DNA of 59,305 nt, filler included, from 5 parts of 5 records of this genome joined end to end with filler, not necessarily neighbours in it; one strand, 5' to 3'; shown: positions 30,715 through 41,367, counted from the first letter of the whole stretch. The notes: generated by a model from the sequence alone, not told the origin. Numbers and translations: made by a program.

Positions 30715-33120
30715 ATGACGCAGCCCACCACCCCGACCCTCTCACCCACCGTCGCCACGACCAGCGGCACGGGCACCCCGCCTGACAGGCGCGGATTCGC
30801 CGCGGCAATCCGCCAGAGCCTGATCGCTGCGCATCCCGGCTGGGCGACGATCTCCGGCGTCATCACGACGCATCCGCCCTATGCGGCGCCGGCCGATGCG
30901 CCGGCCTCTTTGAGGGGACGGCAGGGTCAGGCGAAGCCCGCCACGTCCCCGGCTTCGACCCCGACCTGCCCGGCAAGAACCGCCGACACGGCGCCCCGGA
31001 CCGACCTCGATGACATTATGGATTTCGTCGAAGCGGAGGCCGCTGCCGCCCTGTTGGCGGATGCCCTGCCGCCGGTTCCCGATGGCACGGACGCGACGGT
31101 CTATACTTTGCGGCCTGCGACGGCTCTGGCGGTGGCCCGTCTCTGCAAGACCTTCACCAGCCCTGCGGCGCTCTACGCAGCGCTGAGCGCGCCGGGGTCG
31201 CTGACGGTGCTTTCGGTGAACTCGCCCGGGATGGATGAGACCGTCTGCAAGCTCCTCGACCATCTCCTCGCCCGCGCGCGCATCTGGCCGGACGATGCGC
31301 CCCTGCCTCTTGCGGTGCGTGCGGAAGAGGCGGTTCTGTCCAAGGACAGCCGTAAAAGGGACTCCGGCCCGGTCGGTCAGCTTGTGCCCACGGTCCGCAC
31401 GGCGCTGGAAGCGCGGCGCCCTGTGGTGGCCGTGGCGGTGGCGGCCGGGTCCCTGCCGTCGGCCCTGCGCGCCTTGAAGCCGACTGTCATCCCGCTCGCG
31501 CCGCTCAATCGGGCCATGCTGGCGGAGATCCTGACCGACGCTTACCCGGACATGGGCGAACGGACCCCTGGCGACGCAACCGTGCGCGCCTTGCTGCCGG
31601 ACGATGACCCGTGCAAGGGGCTCGGGCCGGAGGACCTCGTCCTTGCCCTGCGCAGCCCGACGCTGGACGGCGCTGTGGCGGCCCTGGTCGCGGCCACGAC
31701 ACCGGCTGCCGGCCAGGGACCGGGGCTGGCGGATTTCCCGCTGCCTCGGGAGGTGCGTGAACCCGTCGAGCAAATGATCGCCGAGTTGCGCGCGTGGCAG
31801 GCCGGGGAGATCGCCTGGAAAGACGTCACGCGGGGAATTCTTCTTTCTGGCCCGCCGGGGAGCGGCAAAACCGAAGTGCCCCGTCTGATCGCCAAATCGG
31901 CAGGGATCAACGTGATCGCCAGCTCGATCGCCGACTGGAGCGCGGAGGGCAGCCGCGGGAGTGAGGTGATCAAAGCGATGCGGGCGTGTTTCGCCAAGGC
32001 GGCGGCAGCGGCGCCCGCGATCCTGTTCATCGACGAGCTGGACGCCGTCGGCGACCGCGACCGTGCGGGGGACACCAACAGGGCTTGGACCGAATATGTG
32101 GTCAGCGGCCTTCTGGCCGCCATGGACGGCTATGAGGGGCATGAGGGCGTCGCCATCATGGGCGCGACGAATCACGTGGAACGGATCGACACGGCCGTCC
32201 GCAGGCCCGGGCGTTTCGACAAGGTGCTTCGTCTCGGCGACCCCACGCACGAGCTGATCCCGGCGGCGATCAAGTGGCAAAGCTGGCCGGATCTCGCGGA
32301 TGCGGACCTGGCTGGTCTCGCCGCTCGCGCTGTGGGGATGAGCGGGGCAGACGTGGCGGCATGGGTCCGGTCGGCCAGGAGGCTGGCCCGGCAGGAGCAG
32401 CGCCCGCTTTCGGTCGAGCATCTCGAGACCACCCTGCGCGACCTGCGCCCGCAGATGCCCGACGCCCTGCGCTGGCAGGTGGCCATCCACGAGGCTGGGC
32501 ATGCCGTCGTTGGGGCCGCCACTGCCGTGGCCCGGCCCAAGTTGCTGGCGCTGCAAGCGGATGGCGGGGTCACCCATTCAAAACGCCTCATGATCAGCCA
32601 GCGCCGGTCAGAGATGGAGGCCGCGCTTGCCCTCGACCTTGCGGGCCGCGCTGCGGAGGTCGCCGTCCTCGGGGCGCCTTCGGGCGGCGCAGGCGGGACA
32701 GAGGACTCCGATCTCGCGAACGCCACACTACTCGCGGTTGCTATAGAGGCCTCGCTCGGCCTCGGCGACCACCTGGTCTGGCAAGGCAGCCCGCAGACCG
32801 TCCTGGACCGCCTTCCTCTGGACGGCGACCTGCGCGACCGGATCGAGGGCCACCTGCGCCGGGCCGAGGCCAGGGCCCTTAGGATCGTCGAGGCCCATCT
32901 CCCGTTGCTGGAGGAGATCGCAGGCGCGCTGTACCGCGCGGCACTGCTCACCGGTCCCGAACTCGATGCGCTCCTTGCTCGCGTCTCGCCCGAACCTGCG
33001 ATCGGGACGCCCCTCACGGACGCACGGATTGCAACGCCACAGGGGGCTGCAGACCCGGCCCGGGACCGGACCGACAACATAGACGCGGATCCCGACCTCC
33101 GTCGGCCCTTCGCCGCCTGA
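30715..33120 (+). CDS. Soluble FtsH-like AAA+ ATPase / M41 zinc metalloprotease
   Basis: GILLSGPPGSGKT (Walker A), ILFIDELD (Walker B), ATNH...RRPGRFD (SRH), HEAGH, SDL..AT; no TM helices; about 330-aa unknown N-terminus; ends RPFAA. Confidence 0.85.
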   Translation: MTQPTTPTLSPTVATTSGTGTPPDRRGFAAAIRQSLIAAHPGWATISGVITTHPPYAAPADAPASLRGRQGQAKPATSPASTPTCPARTADTAPRTDLDDIMDFVEAEAAAALLADALPPVPDGTDATVYTLRPATALAVARLCKTFTSPAALYAALSAPGSLTVLSVNSPGMDETVCKLLDHLLARARIWPDDAPLPLAVRAEEAVLSKDSRKRDSGPVGQLVPTVRTALEARRPVVAVAVAAGSLPSALRALKPTVIPLAPLNRAMLAEILTDAYPDMGERTPGDATVRALLPDDDPCKGLGPEDLVLALRSPTLDGAVAALVAATTPAAGQGPGLADFPLPREVREPVEQMIAELRAWQAGEIAWKDVTRGILLSGPPGSGKTEVPRLIAKSAGINVIASSIADWSAEGSRGSEVIKAMRACFAKAAAAAPAILFIDELDAVGDRDRAGDTNRAWTEYVVSGLLAAMDGYEGHEGVAIMGATNHVERIDTAVRRPGRFDKVLRLGDPTHELIPAAIKWQSWPDLADADLAGLAARAVGMSGADVAAWVRSARRLARQEQRPLSVEHLETTLRDLRPQMPDALRWQVAIHEAGHAVVGAATAVARPKLLALQADGGVTHSKRLMISQRRSEMEAALALDLAGRAAEVAVLGAPSGGAGGTEDSDLANATLLAVAIEASLGLGDHLVWQGSPQTVLDRLPLDGDLRDRIEGHLRRAEARALRIVEAHLPLLEEIAGALYRAALLTGPELDALLARVSPEPAIGTPLTDARIATPQGAADPARDRTDNIDADPDLRRPFAA

Positions 33121-33136
33121 CGGGCTCTACGCAAAA

Positions 33137-33168
33137 GGCGTGTCCGGTCCGGAAGGACCGGGTGCGCC
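33137..33168 (+). other. GC-rich hairpin after the AAA/M41 gene
   Basis: GGCGTGTCCGGTCC-GGAA-GGACCGGGTGCGCC; no U-tract, so not a classical terminator. Confidence 0.5.
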
Positions 33169-33466
33169 CATTATGGCGACTATCCTCCTCCCGCTGACAC
33201 TATATAAGGAGTGCGCGCATGCCCCGGACATCTCCCCTCCAGACGCGGCTGCCCCGGCCTGACCTGACCAGCCGACATCGGCGATGTCACGACCCGTTCC
33301 ACCGGCCGAGACATCGCCGGGCAGCCCCCCGCCTCAAAAGACCCGGTATTGCGGTCATTATTCGGCCGCGCCAGGTGCGATCCGTTCGCGCCTTGGGCAT
33401 GAGCCGGTTCGGGGATCCGCGCTGGTCAGCGTCATAGCAGCCGGATCAGTGTCTCGCCGTTTTGTG

Positions 33467-33496
33467 GGTCAGCGCCGAGGTCAGCGCCGAGGTCAG
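33467..33496 (+). repeat. Tandem 12-bp direct repeats at contig end
   Basis: GGTCAGCGCCGA x2 plus GGTCAG; a further GGTCAGCG at 33424. Confidence 0.7.
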
Positions 33497-33596
33497 NNNN
33501 NNNNNNNNNNNNNNNNNNNNNNNNNNNNNNNNNNNNNNNNTTAATTAATTAANNNNNNNNNNNNNNNNNNNNNNNNNNNNNNNNNNNNNNNNNNNN
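33497..33596. other. Artificial contig spacer
   Basis: N run with TTAATTAATTAA. Confidence 0.98.
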
Positions 33597-33597
33597 A

Positions 33598-34362
<765 letters not shown>

Positions 34363-34370
34363 CGTCCCGC

Positions 34371-34408
34371 CGGGAGAGGCGGAATTCCGCCTCTCCCGTT
34401 TCTTTCTT
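34371..34408 (+). terminator. Intrinsic terminator / stabilising hairpin after nirS
   Basis: Perfect 28-bp palindrome CGGGAGAGGCGGAATTCCGCCTCTCCCG followed by TTTCTTTCTT. Confidence 0.8.
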
Positions 34409-34432
34409 CCATGCCGCCTGCAGGAGCAAACG

Positions 34433-35236
34433 ATGAAACAGTCAGGGAAGGTCTATCTGATCGGTGCGGGACCCGGAGACCCGGAGCTTCTGACGCTCAA
34501 GGCCCTGCGAATGCTCCAGGAAGCGGATGCGGTCGTTTTCGATCGTCTGGTTTCACCTGAAATCCTGTCGTTGGCTCCGTCCGGTGCCCTGCAGGTGCCT
34601 GTCGGAAAATCGCCCGACAATCATCCCGTTCCTCAGGAGAGGATCAACGAGATCCTTGAAGAACTGGCGCTGGAAGGCTTGACCGTCGCCCGCCTGAAAG
34701 GCGGCGATCCACTGATCTTCGGTCGCGGTTCGGAAGAAGCCGAACATCTTTTGTCACGCGGCATCGCGGTCGAATATGCGCCCGGCATTACCGCTGCCCA
34801 GGGGGCTGCCTGCGTAACAGGTGTGCCGCTCACCCATCGTGGTCTGGCAACCGGCGTCCGCTATGTGACCGGACACCGGCAGGCAAACGGCGTTCTCGAC
34901 CTCGATTGGAAAAGTCTCGCCTGCGAGGACACCACGCTGGTCGTCTACATGGGGGTTGCCAACATCGGGCAGATTGCCCTGCGCCTGATTGCCGAAGGAC
35001 TGAGCGGGACAACCCCTGTACTTGCCATCGCAAACGCGACGACACCGCGTGAAACCAGGCTCTATTCGGAACTCGACAGGATTGCGATCGATATCCGCGA
35101 CGCCAGGTTCAAGGCACCGGTGCTGTTTGTTGTCGGCAAGGTCGTGACCCTGAGTGCCGAATGGCCGGCAGCCACCCTGGACGCCATGCTCAGTGCCGTG
35201 GACAGCGGCACGGCTGGAAGGCTGGTCCATGCTTAA
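34433..35236 (+). CDS. nirE: Uroporphyrinogen-III C-methyltransferase for heme d1
   Basis: GAGPGDPELLTLKA and RLKGGDPLIFGRG motifs; follows nirS. Confidence 0.92.
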   Translation: MKQSGKVYLIGAGPGDPELLTLKALRMLQEADAVVFDRLVSPEILSLAPSGALQVPVGKSPDNHPVPQERINEILEELALEGLTVARLKGGDPLIFGRGSEEAEHLLSRGIAVEYAPGITAAQGAACVTGVPLTHRGLATGVRYVTGHRQANGVLDLDWKSLACEDTTLVVYMGVANIGQIALRLIAEGLSGTTPVLAIANATTPRETRLYSELDRIAIDIRDARFKAPVLFVVGKVVTLSAEWPAATLDAMLSAVDSGTAGRLVHA

Positions 35237-35546
35237 GACGCTGCTCACCATTGCCTTCTGTCTTCTGGCCATCACAAGCCTCGCGCTTGCCGAGGAACAG
35301 GAAACGCCTGCGGCATTGGTCAACCTGGTGCGGCAGGACTGCGGCTCGTGTCACGGCATGACGCTGAAAGGTGGCCTTGGACCGGACATCCGGCCGGATG
35401 CACTTGGCCATTACGACATCGACACCCTGTCCACGGTGGTTCTGGACGGCATCCCGAAAACGGCAATGCCTCCCTGGCGTCCGATCCTGAGCGAGGCCGA
35501 CGCGAGGAGAATTGCCGAATATCTTTTGAAGGGAGACACGAAATGA
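35229..35546 (+). CDS. nirC: Cytochrome c55X
   Basis: Signal peptide, QDCGSCHGMTLKGGLGP, TAMPPW. Confidence 0.9.
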   Translation: MLKTLLTIAFCLLAITSLALAEEQETPAALVNLVRQDCGSCHGMTLKGGLGPDIRPDALGHYDIDTLSTVVLDGIPKTAMPPWRPILSEADARRIAEYLLKGDTK

Positions 35547-36691
35547 AGTGGCTATGTGGAGCCGTTCTGGCAGCCATGTTGACCGGCACTGTCCAGGCGC
35601 AGTCGGTCGTTGCCACCGGCGATCTCGGTCTTGTGGTTGAACGGGCGAGCGGGTCTCTGTTGCTGGTCGATCAGTCCGACCGTGCCTCCCTGGCACGGAT
35701 AGAAGGGCTTGGCGACCTTTCCCATGCAAGCCTGGTCTATTCACCGGACGAACGTTTCGCCTATGTCTTCGGCCGCGATGGCGGCCTTTCCAAGGTCGAT
35801 CTTGTCGAGAAACGGATAGCCAAGCGGGTGATTCAATCCGGAAACGCCATCGGTGGGGCCATCTCGGACGACGGCTCACTGGTCGCGGTTTCCAACTATG
35901 AGCCCGGCGGTGTGCGTATCTTCGACGCTCAGACGCTGGAGATGGTTGCAGATATTCCGACCGGGTCGAAGACAATCGGTCTTGTCGATGCGCCCGGCAA
36001 ACGCTTTGTCTTCACCTTGTGGGATGCAGGCGAAACCTGGATCGCGGACCTCAATTTGGAGGAACCGAAGATCACCAGGGTTACCGGCATGGGCACCAAC
36101 CCCTATGACGCCCTGATCACCGGTGACGGCCGTCTCTACATCACAGGCCTGTTTGGCGAAGACGGTTTGACCGCGCTCGACCTGTGGCAGGAAGATCCCG
36201 AACCAATTCGCGTTTTGCCCGGATATGGCCGCGGGGAAGCGGAGCTACCGGTCTACAAGATGCCGCATCTGGAAGGTTGGGCACGCGCGGGCCAGGAGTT
36301 TGTCCTGCCTGCCGTCGGGCACCACGAGGTTCTGTGGGTCGATGGTGAAACGCTCGCCGAAACCGGACGCACCAGTACCCATGGTCAACCGGTCTTTGCC
36401 ATGGCGCGGCCTGATGGCCGCCAGGTCTGGGTAAACTTCGCACATCCGCTCAATGACACCATCCAGGTGATCGATACGGTCACAAAGCAGGTCGTTCACG
36501 AATTCAAACCCGGCCCTGCCGTACTGCACATGGAATTCACGCCACGCGGTAACGAGGTCTGGGTTTCCGTGCGCGATGCCGGCAAGGTCATGATCTACGA
36601 CACTCGGACCTTCGAGAAGACAGGCGAAATCGACGCCGAAAGCCCATCCGGCATCTTCTTTACAGCCCGGGCACACAGGACGGGGTTGTGA
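35543..36691 (+). CDS. nirF: Heme d1 biosynthesis protein NirF
   Basis: GLGDLSHAS, LPVYKMPHLEGW and PSGIFFTARAHRTGL motifs; ATG 35543 overlaps the nirC stop. Confidence 0.92.
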   Translation: MKWLCGAVLAAMLTGTVQAQSVVATGDLGLVVERASGSLLLVDQSDRASLARIEGLGDLSHASLVYSPDERFAYVFGRDGGLSKVDLVEKRIAKRVIQSGNAIGGAISDDGSLVAVSNYEPGGVRIFDAQTLEMVADIPTGSKTIGLVDAPGKRFVFTLWDAGETWIADLNLEEPKITRVTGMGTNPYDALITGDGRLYITGLFGEDGLTALDLWQEDPEPIRVLPGYGRGEAELPVYKMPHLEGWARAGQEFVLPAVGHHEVLWVDGETLAETGRTSTHGQPVFAMARPDGRQVWVNFAHPLNDTIQVIDTVTKQVVHEFKPGPAVLHMEFTPRGNEVWVSVRDAGKVMIYDTRTFEKTGEIDAESPSGIFFTARAHRTGL

Positions 36692-36694
36692 GCC

Positions 36695-37684
36695 ATGACA
36701 AGCCTCATCGATCCCATTGACCTGACCCTGCTCGACAACTGGCAACGGGACTTCCCGTTGGTGCCGAGACCTTTCGAAATCATTGCAGCGGGAACGAACT
36801 GCTCCGAAGGTGACGTTATCGGGCGGCTGCAGGATATGGCTGCGACCGGCCGGATCACCCGCGTTGGTGCCACCTGTGCACCCAACACGGTTTCGGCAAG
36901 CACATTGGCGGCCATGTCGGTGCCACACGATCGCATCGAGGCCGTTGCCGGGATCGTCGGTGCTCAGCCGGGCATAAATCATTCCTACCTACGGGAGAAT
37001 TACCGGAACCTCTGGTTCGTTGCCACCGGCCCGGACCGGGAGCATGTCAACGGGGTTCTGGACACCATTCGAGACCAGACGCAGCTTGCCGTACTGGATC
37101 TCCCGATCATCCGTCCGTTCAATATAGACCTAGGCTTCAGCTTGAACGGCGGCCTGGGCCGGCCACCAGTGCCCCGGCCGGTCCGGTTGGAGCGACTGCA
37201 GGAGGGAGACGATGACCTCCTGCAGGCTCTGACCACAGGACTACCGATCATACAGCGTCCCTACCTGCGTATCGCAGAACACCTCGGCCGAACGGAAGAG
37301 GACGTTCTGGAACGGATTGGAAGGTTGCTTGACGCCGGTATCATTTCCCGCTTCGGCGTGATCGTACGTCATCGCGCCCTTGGCTGGCGCGCGAACGCCA
37401 TGGTAGTCTGGGATATCGAACCGGAAAGGATCGCCTCGGCGGGCCCGGCGCTTGCTGCGCATCCGGGGGTGACCCTGTGTTACGAACGCAGGCCCGTGGC
37501 AGGCGTGTGGCCCTATCGGCTTTACTGCATGATTCACGGCCGGAGCCGGTCGCAGGCACTGGATGTTCTCATTCAGGCATCGCGCCTGCCGGAAGTGGCG
37601 GGCGTCAGACACGACGTTCTCTTTTCCACCCGTTGCTTCAAGCAGACCGGGGCGCTGATCTCTCGTCAGGGAGTTGCGGCATGA
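36695..37684 (+). CDS. nirD: Siroheme decarboxylase subunit, fused NirD/NirL
   Basis: Two Lrp/AsnC-like units (WQRDFPLVPRPF; GVTLCYERR..WPYRLYCMIHGR). Confidence 0.85.
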   Translation: MTSLIDPIDLTLLDNWQRDFPLVPRPFEIIAAGTNCSEGDVIGRLQDMAATGRITRVGATCAPNTVSASTLAAMSVPHDRIEAVAGIVGAQPGINHSYLRENYRNLWFVATGPDREHVNGVLDTIRDQTQLAVLDLPIIRPFNIDLGFSLNGGLGRPPVPRPVRLERLQEGDDDLLQALTTGLPIIQRPYLRIAEHLGRTEEDVLERIGRLLDAGIISRFGVIVRHRALGWRANAMVVWDIEPERIASAGPALAAHPGVTLCYERRPVAGVWPYRLYCMIHGRSRSQALDVLIQASRLPEVAGVRHDVLFSTRCFKQTGALISRQGVAA

Positions 37685-38136
37685 CCCGGAAACTGTCTCC
37701 TCTTGAGCGGACCTTGATCAATCGTCTGCAGGACGATCTGCCGCTGGTTTCGCATCCCTTTCGGGAATTGGCGCAGGAACTGGGCCTGAGTGAAGAAGAG
37801 GTTGCCGGGCACATCCGGACCTTGCGCGACGACGGTCTGCTGACACGGTTCGGACCCTTCTTCGATGCGGAAGCCCTTGGCGGCGCCTTTTGCCTTTGCG
37901 CCATGGCGGTGCCGCCTGTGCGTTTCGAAGACGTCTTAACCAAAGTCAATGCCTACCCCGAAGTCGCCCATAACTATGAACGGGACCACAAGCTCAACAT
38001 GTGGTTCGTCCTGGCAACGGAAAGTCAGGCCGCAATTTCGGCAACTGCCGAAGCAATCGAACGCGACACAGGCTTGCCGGTGCTGCTGTTTCCGAAGGAA
38101 CGCGAGTTTTTCATAGGCTTTCGGGTGAACGCATGA
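37681..38136 (+). CDS. nirG: Siroheme decarboxylase subunit NirG
   Basis: LTRFGPFFDA and EVAHNYERDH.LNMWFV motifs. Confidence 0.88.
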   Translation: MTRKLSPLERTLINRLQDDLPLVSHPFRELAQELGLSEEEVAGHIRTLRDDGLLTRFGPFFDAEALGGAFCLCAMAVPPVRFEDVLTKVNAYPEVAHNYERDHKLNMWFVLATESQAAISATAEAIERDTGLPVLLFPKEREFFIGFRVNA

Positions 38137-38621
38137 CCTTGACCCCACAGGACCGAACGATCGTCGAAGCCACGCAGGCCGGATTGCCTCTGGTCACCAG
38201 ACCCTTTGCTGTCGTCGCGGAAAGCCTGGGACTGAGCGAAGCGGAGCTGATCGACCGCCTGAAGCAGCTGAAGGCGCAAGGTGTCATCCGGCGTATCGGG
38301 GCCGCGCCAAATCATTACCGGCTCGGCATGACAGCCAACGGAATGACCGTCTGGGATGTCGATGACGCAGTGGTCGACAGTCTCGGCGAAAAGGTCGGCG
38401 CCCTGCCGTTCGTCACGCATTGTTACCGCCGTCCGCGGGCACTGCCCGACTGGCCTTACAACCTCTTTGCCATGGTTCATGGAGAAACCCGCGAGGAAGT
38501 TATTGCAAAGCGGGTGGAGATTTCCAGTCTGCTGGGCAAGGCCTGCCGTGCCGGCGACATCCTGTTTTCAACGCGCATCCTGAAAAAGACCGGTATGCGC
38601 CTTCGCGGCAAGGAGGGCTGA
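38133..38621 (+). CDS. nirH: Siroheme decarboxylase subunit NirH
   Basis: PNHYRLG..ANGMTVWD, HCYRRPR..PDWPYNLFAMVHG and ILKKTGMR motifs. Confidence 0.88.
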   Translation: MTLTPQDRTIVEATQAGLPLVTRPFAVVAESLGLSEAELIDRLKQLKAQGVIRRIGAAPNHYRLGMTANGMTVWDVDDAVVDSLGEKVGALPFVTHCYRRPRALPDWPYNLFAMVHGETREEVIAKRVEISSLLGKACRAGDILFSTRILKKTGMRLRGKEG

Positions 38622-38624
38622 ACG

Positions 38625-39845
38625 ATGTTCCGCCTCTCGGAATACATGCACCAGATCGTGGAGCCGACACCTGTCAGGACACGCCGCGGCACCGGTGCGG
38701 TCAAGCCGGTGGTGATCTGGAACCTGACCCGGCGCTGTAACCTGAAATGCCGGCATTGCTACACTGTGTCGGCGGACGTCGATTTTCCGGGCGAGCTGAC
38801 CCACGACCAGGCCATGGCGACCCTGGAGGACCTTGGGCACTTCGGCATTCCCGCCCTGATCCTTTCCGGGGGCGAACCGCTGGACCGGAAAGACCTCTTT
38901 GAGATTGCCGGGCGGGCCAGAAGCCTTGTGCGCATGCTGGCCCTGTCGACCAACGGCACCAGGCTGCATGGCGAGACTGCCGACAAGGTGGCGGAGATCG
39001 GTTTCGATTATGTGGGCATTTCCATTGACGGGATCGGGTCCACGAACGACTGGTTTCGTGGCGTCGAGGGCGCTTTCCAATCTGCCCTGCGGGGCGTTCG
39101 CGAATGCAAGTCACGCGGCATCAAGGTCGGGCTGCGCTTCACCCTGACCGAGGGCAACCACGAAAGCCTGCCGGATCTTCTGCGTCTGTGCGACGATGAA
39201 GGTGTCGACAAGTTCTATCTGTCCCATCTCGTCTATGCCGGCAGGGGCGACAAGCACCGCGGCGAAGATGCCGAGCACAAGCGCTCCAGATGGGCAATGG
39301 ACATTCTGATGGACCGCGCATGGCAAGGTGTCAGCGGTGGCCGGCCACTCGATATCGTAACCGGCAACAATGATGCCGACGCGGTTTACTTTCTGGAATG
39401 GGTACAGCGGATCTTTGGTCCGGAAACGGCAGCCCATGTGCGCGGTCATCTTGCGGCCTGGGGAGGCAATTCCTCCGGTCTCGGTGTCGCCAACATCGAC
39501 ACCCTTGGCAACGTGCATCCGGATACCTACTGGTCCGACTACACCATCGGCAGCGTGAAATCCGTTCCGTTCTCCGAACTTTGGACCGGTGAGGACCCCA
39601 TGCTGGCCCGGCTCAGAACAAGGCCGCGTCCGCTCAAGGGGCGCTGCGGTGCCTGTGCCTTCAAGGACGTGTGCGGCGGCAATACCCGTATCCGCGCACT
39701 GCAACTGACTGGCGACCCCTGGGCCGAAGACCCTGCCTGTTATCTCAATGACGACGAAATCGGGCTTGCCGGCCCTGGCGGCGAGCGCCTGGCCGTGACC
39801 CCGTTCCGAGGAAAACGCCATGATCCGGCTCACCGCTTCGCTTAG
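38625..39845 (+). CDS. nirJ: Heme d1 biosynthesis radical SAM protein
   Basis: [20 protein letters not shown]-terminal SPASM cysteines; WAEDPACY. Confidence 0.93.
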   Translation: MFRLSEYMHQIVEPTPVRTRRGTGAVKPVVIWNLTRRCNLKCRHCYTVSADVDFPGELTHDQAMATLEDLGHFGIPALILSGGEPLDRKDLFEIAGRARSLVRMLALSTNGTRLHGETADKVAEIGFDYVGISIDGIGSTNDWFRGVEGAFQSALRGVRECKSRGIKVGLRFTLTEGNHESLPDLLRLCDDEGVDKFYLSHLVYAGRGDKHRGEDAEHKRSRWAMDILMDRAWQGVSGGRPLDIVTGNNDADAVYFLEWVQRIFGPETAAHVRGHLAAWGGNSSGLGVANIDTLGNVHPDTYWSDYTIGSVKSVPFSELWTGEDPMLARLRTRPRPLKGRCGACAFKDVCGGNTRIRALQLTGDPWAEDPACYLNDDEIGLAGPGGERLAVTPFRGKRHDPAHRFA

Positions 39846-41367
39846 CGCACTCCTTCTGATGACCTCGCTTTCGGTTGCAGGCCCCGCGCAGGACTACGCA
39901 GACAACTGCCAGGACTGCCACGGAGCAGGCCGTCTTGGTGGTGTCGGACCGGCACTGATCCCGGAGACCCTCGGCCGCATGCGCGGACCGGATCTTGATG
40001 CTGTCATTCGAGACGGCCGCAAGGCGACGCAGATGCCGGCGTTCGCCGATATTCTAGGTGCCGATCAGATCGAGGCCCTGGCCGCTTTCCTGAAGGAACC
40101 ACTGAGTGACGTTCCGGACTGGACCGAAACGGATATTGTCGCCAGCCAGGTGATCAACGAGGACTATCAGCCGGTCGAAAAACCGCTCTGGCGGTCCGAT
40201 CCGATGAACATCACCCTTGTCGTCGAAACAGGTGATCATCACGTGAGTGTTCTTGACGGCGATACCTTCGAGACACTCGACAGGTTCGCAACGCCGTTTG
40301 CGGTCCATGGCGGGCCAAAATTCTCGCCGGATGGGCGCTATGTCTTCATCATGTCGCGCGACGGCTGGGTCCAGAAATACGATCTCTACGCGCTTCAGGA
40401 AGTTGGCCGGGTGCGGGCAGGACTCAACAGCCGCAACATTGCCATGAGCCATGACGGCAAGTGGCTGGCGGTTGCCAACTATCTGCCGATGACGCTGACG
40501 ATCCTGTCGACCGAGGACCTTTCGGTCGCAACCGTGATGGATGTGACGGCCAAGGACGGCACGGCCAGTCGCGTTTCGGCGGTCTATCAGGCTCCCAACC
40601 GCAAGAGCTTCATCCTTGCCTTGAAGGATGCCCCGGAAATCTGGGAAGTAGCGACCGATCCGGAAGCCGACCCGGTCTACGAAGGCTTCGTGCACAGCCG
40701 GGAAAAAGGCATGGTCGAAGCTTTGCCTTCGTCCGTCGGTCTCTTCGCCCGCCGCCGGATCCTGACGGCGGAACCGCTTGACGATTTCTTTTTCGATGAC
40801 GACTACCGGCATCTCGTCGGAGCGTCGCGCGACGGCGCGCGCGGTGTCGTGGTCAACCTGAATGTCGGCCGTGAAATCGCTGAACTGCCGCTGGAAGGCA
40901 TGCCGCATCTCGGGTCCGGTATCAGCTGGGAGCGGGATGGCCGCAGGGTCATGGCGACCCCGCACCTGAAAGAAGGCAAGCTGTCGGTCATCGACACCGA
41001 AACCTGGAAGCAGATCGCGACAATCAAGACCGACGGTCCCGGCTTCTTCCTGCGCAGTCACAAGAACACGCCCTATTTCTGGGCCGATGTCTTCTTCGGT
41101 CCGAACAAGGACGAAATTCATGTGATCGACAAGGAAAGCCTGGAAATCGTCAAGACCTTGAAGCCCGTCGAAGGCGCGACGGTTGCCCATGTCGAATTCA
41201 CGAAAGATGGCCGCTATGCCCTTGTCTCCGTCTGGGAGGACGACGGTGCGGTGATTGTCTACGACGCAAGTACGCTGGAAGAAATCCGGCGCCTGCCCAT
41301 GCGAAAACCTTCGGGGAAGTACAATGTCTGGAACAAGATCACCTTTTCGGAAGGAACGAGCCATTGA
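39820..41367 (+). CDS. nirN: Dihydro-heme d1 dehydrogenase NirN
   Basis: CQDCH c-heme motif, [30 protein letters not shown]. Confidence 0.92.
   Translation: MIRLTASLSALLLMTSLSVAGPAQDYADNCQDCHGAGRLGGVGPALIPETLGRMRGPDLDAVIRDGRKATQMPAFADILGADQIEALAAFLKEPLSDVPDWTETDIVASQVINEDYQPVEKPLWRSDPMNITLVVETGDHHVSVLDGDTFETLDRFATPFAVHGGPKFSPDGRYVFIMSRDGWVQKYDLYALQEVGRVRAGLNSRNIAMSHDGKWLAVANYLPMTLTILSTEDLSVATVMDVTAKDGTASRVSAVYQAPNRKSFILALKDAPEIWEVATDPEADPVYEGFVHSREKGMVEALPSSVGLFARRRILTAEPLDDFFFDDDYRHLVGASRDGARGVVVNLNVGREIAELPLEGMPHLGSGISWERDGRRVMATPHLKEGKLSVIDTETWKQIATIKTDGPGFFLRSHKNTPYFWADVFFGPNKDEIHVIDKESLEIVKTLKPVEGATVAHVEFTKDGRYALVSVWEDDGAVIVYDASTLEEIRRLPMRKPSGKYNVWNKITFSEGTSH

Noticed and set aside
30742-32577. 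611-aa antisense ORF, and similar long shadow ORFs (8417-9787, 15341-16585, 40054-41640, 45923-47284, 54550-56019)
   Set aside because: They lie opposite well-supported genes in GC-rich DNA and have no motifs; expected from codon bias.
33467-33496. Possible CRISPR array from the GGTCAGCGCCGA repeats
   Set aside because: 12-bp units are directly tandem with no spacers, and no cas genes are in the window.
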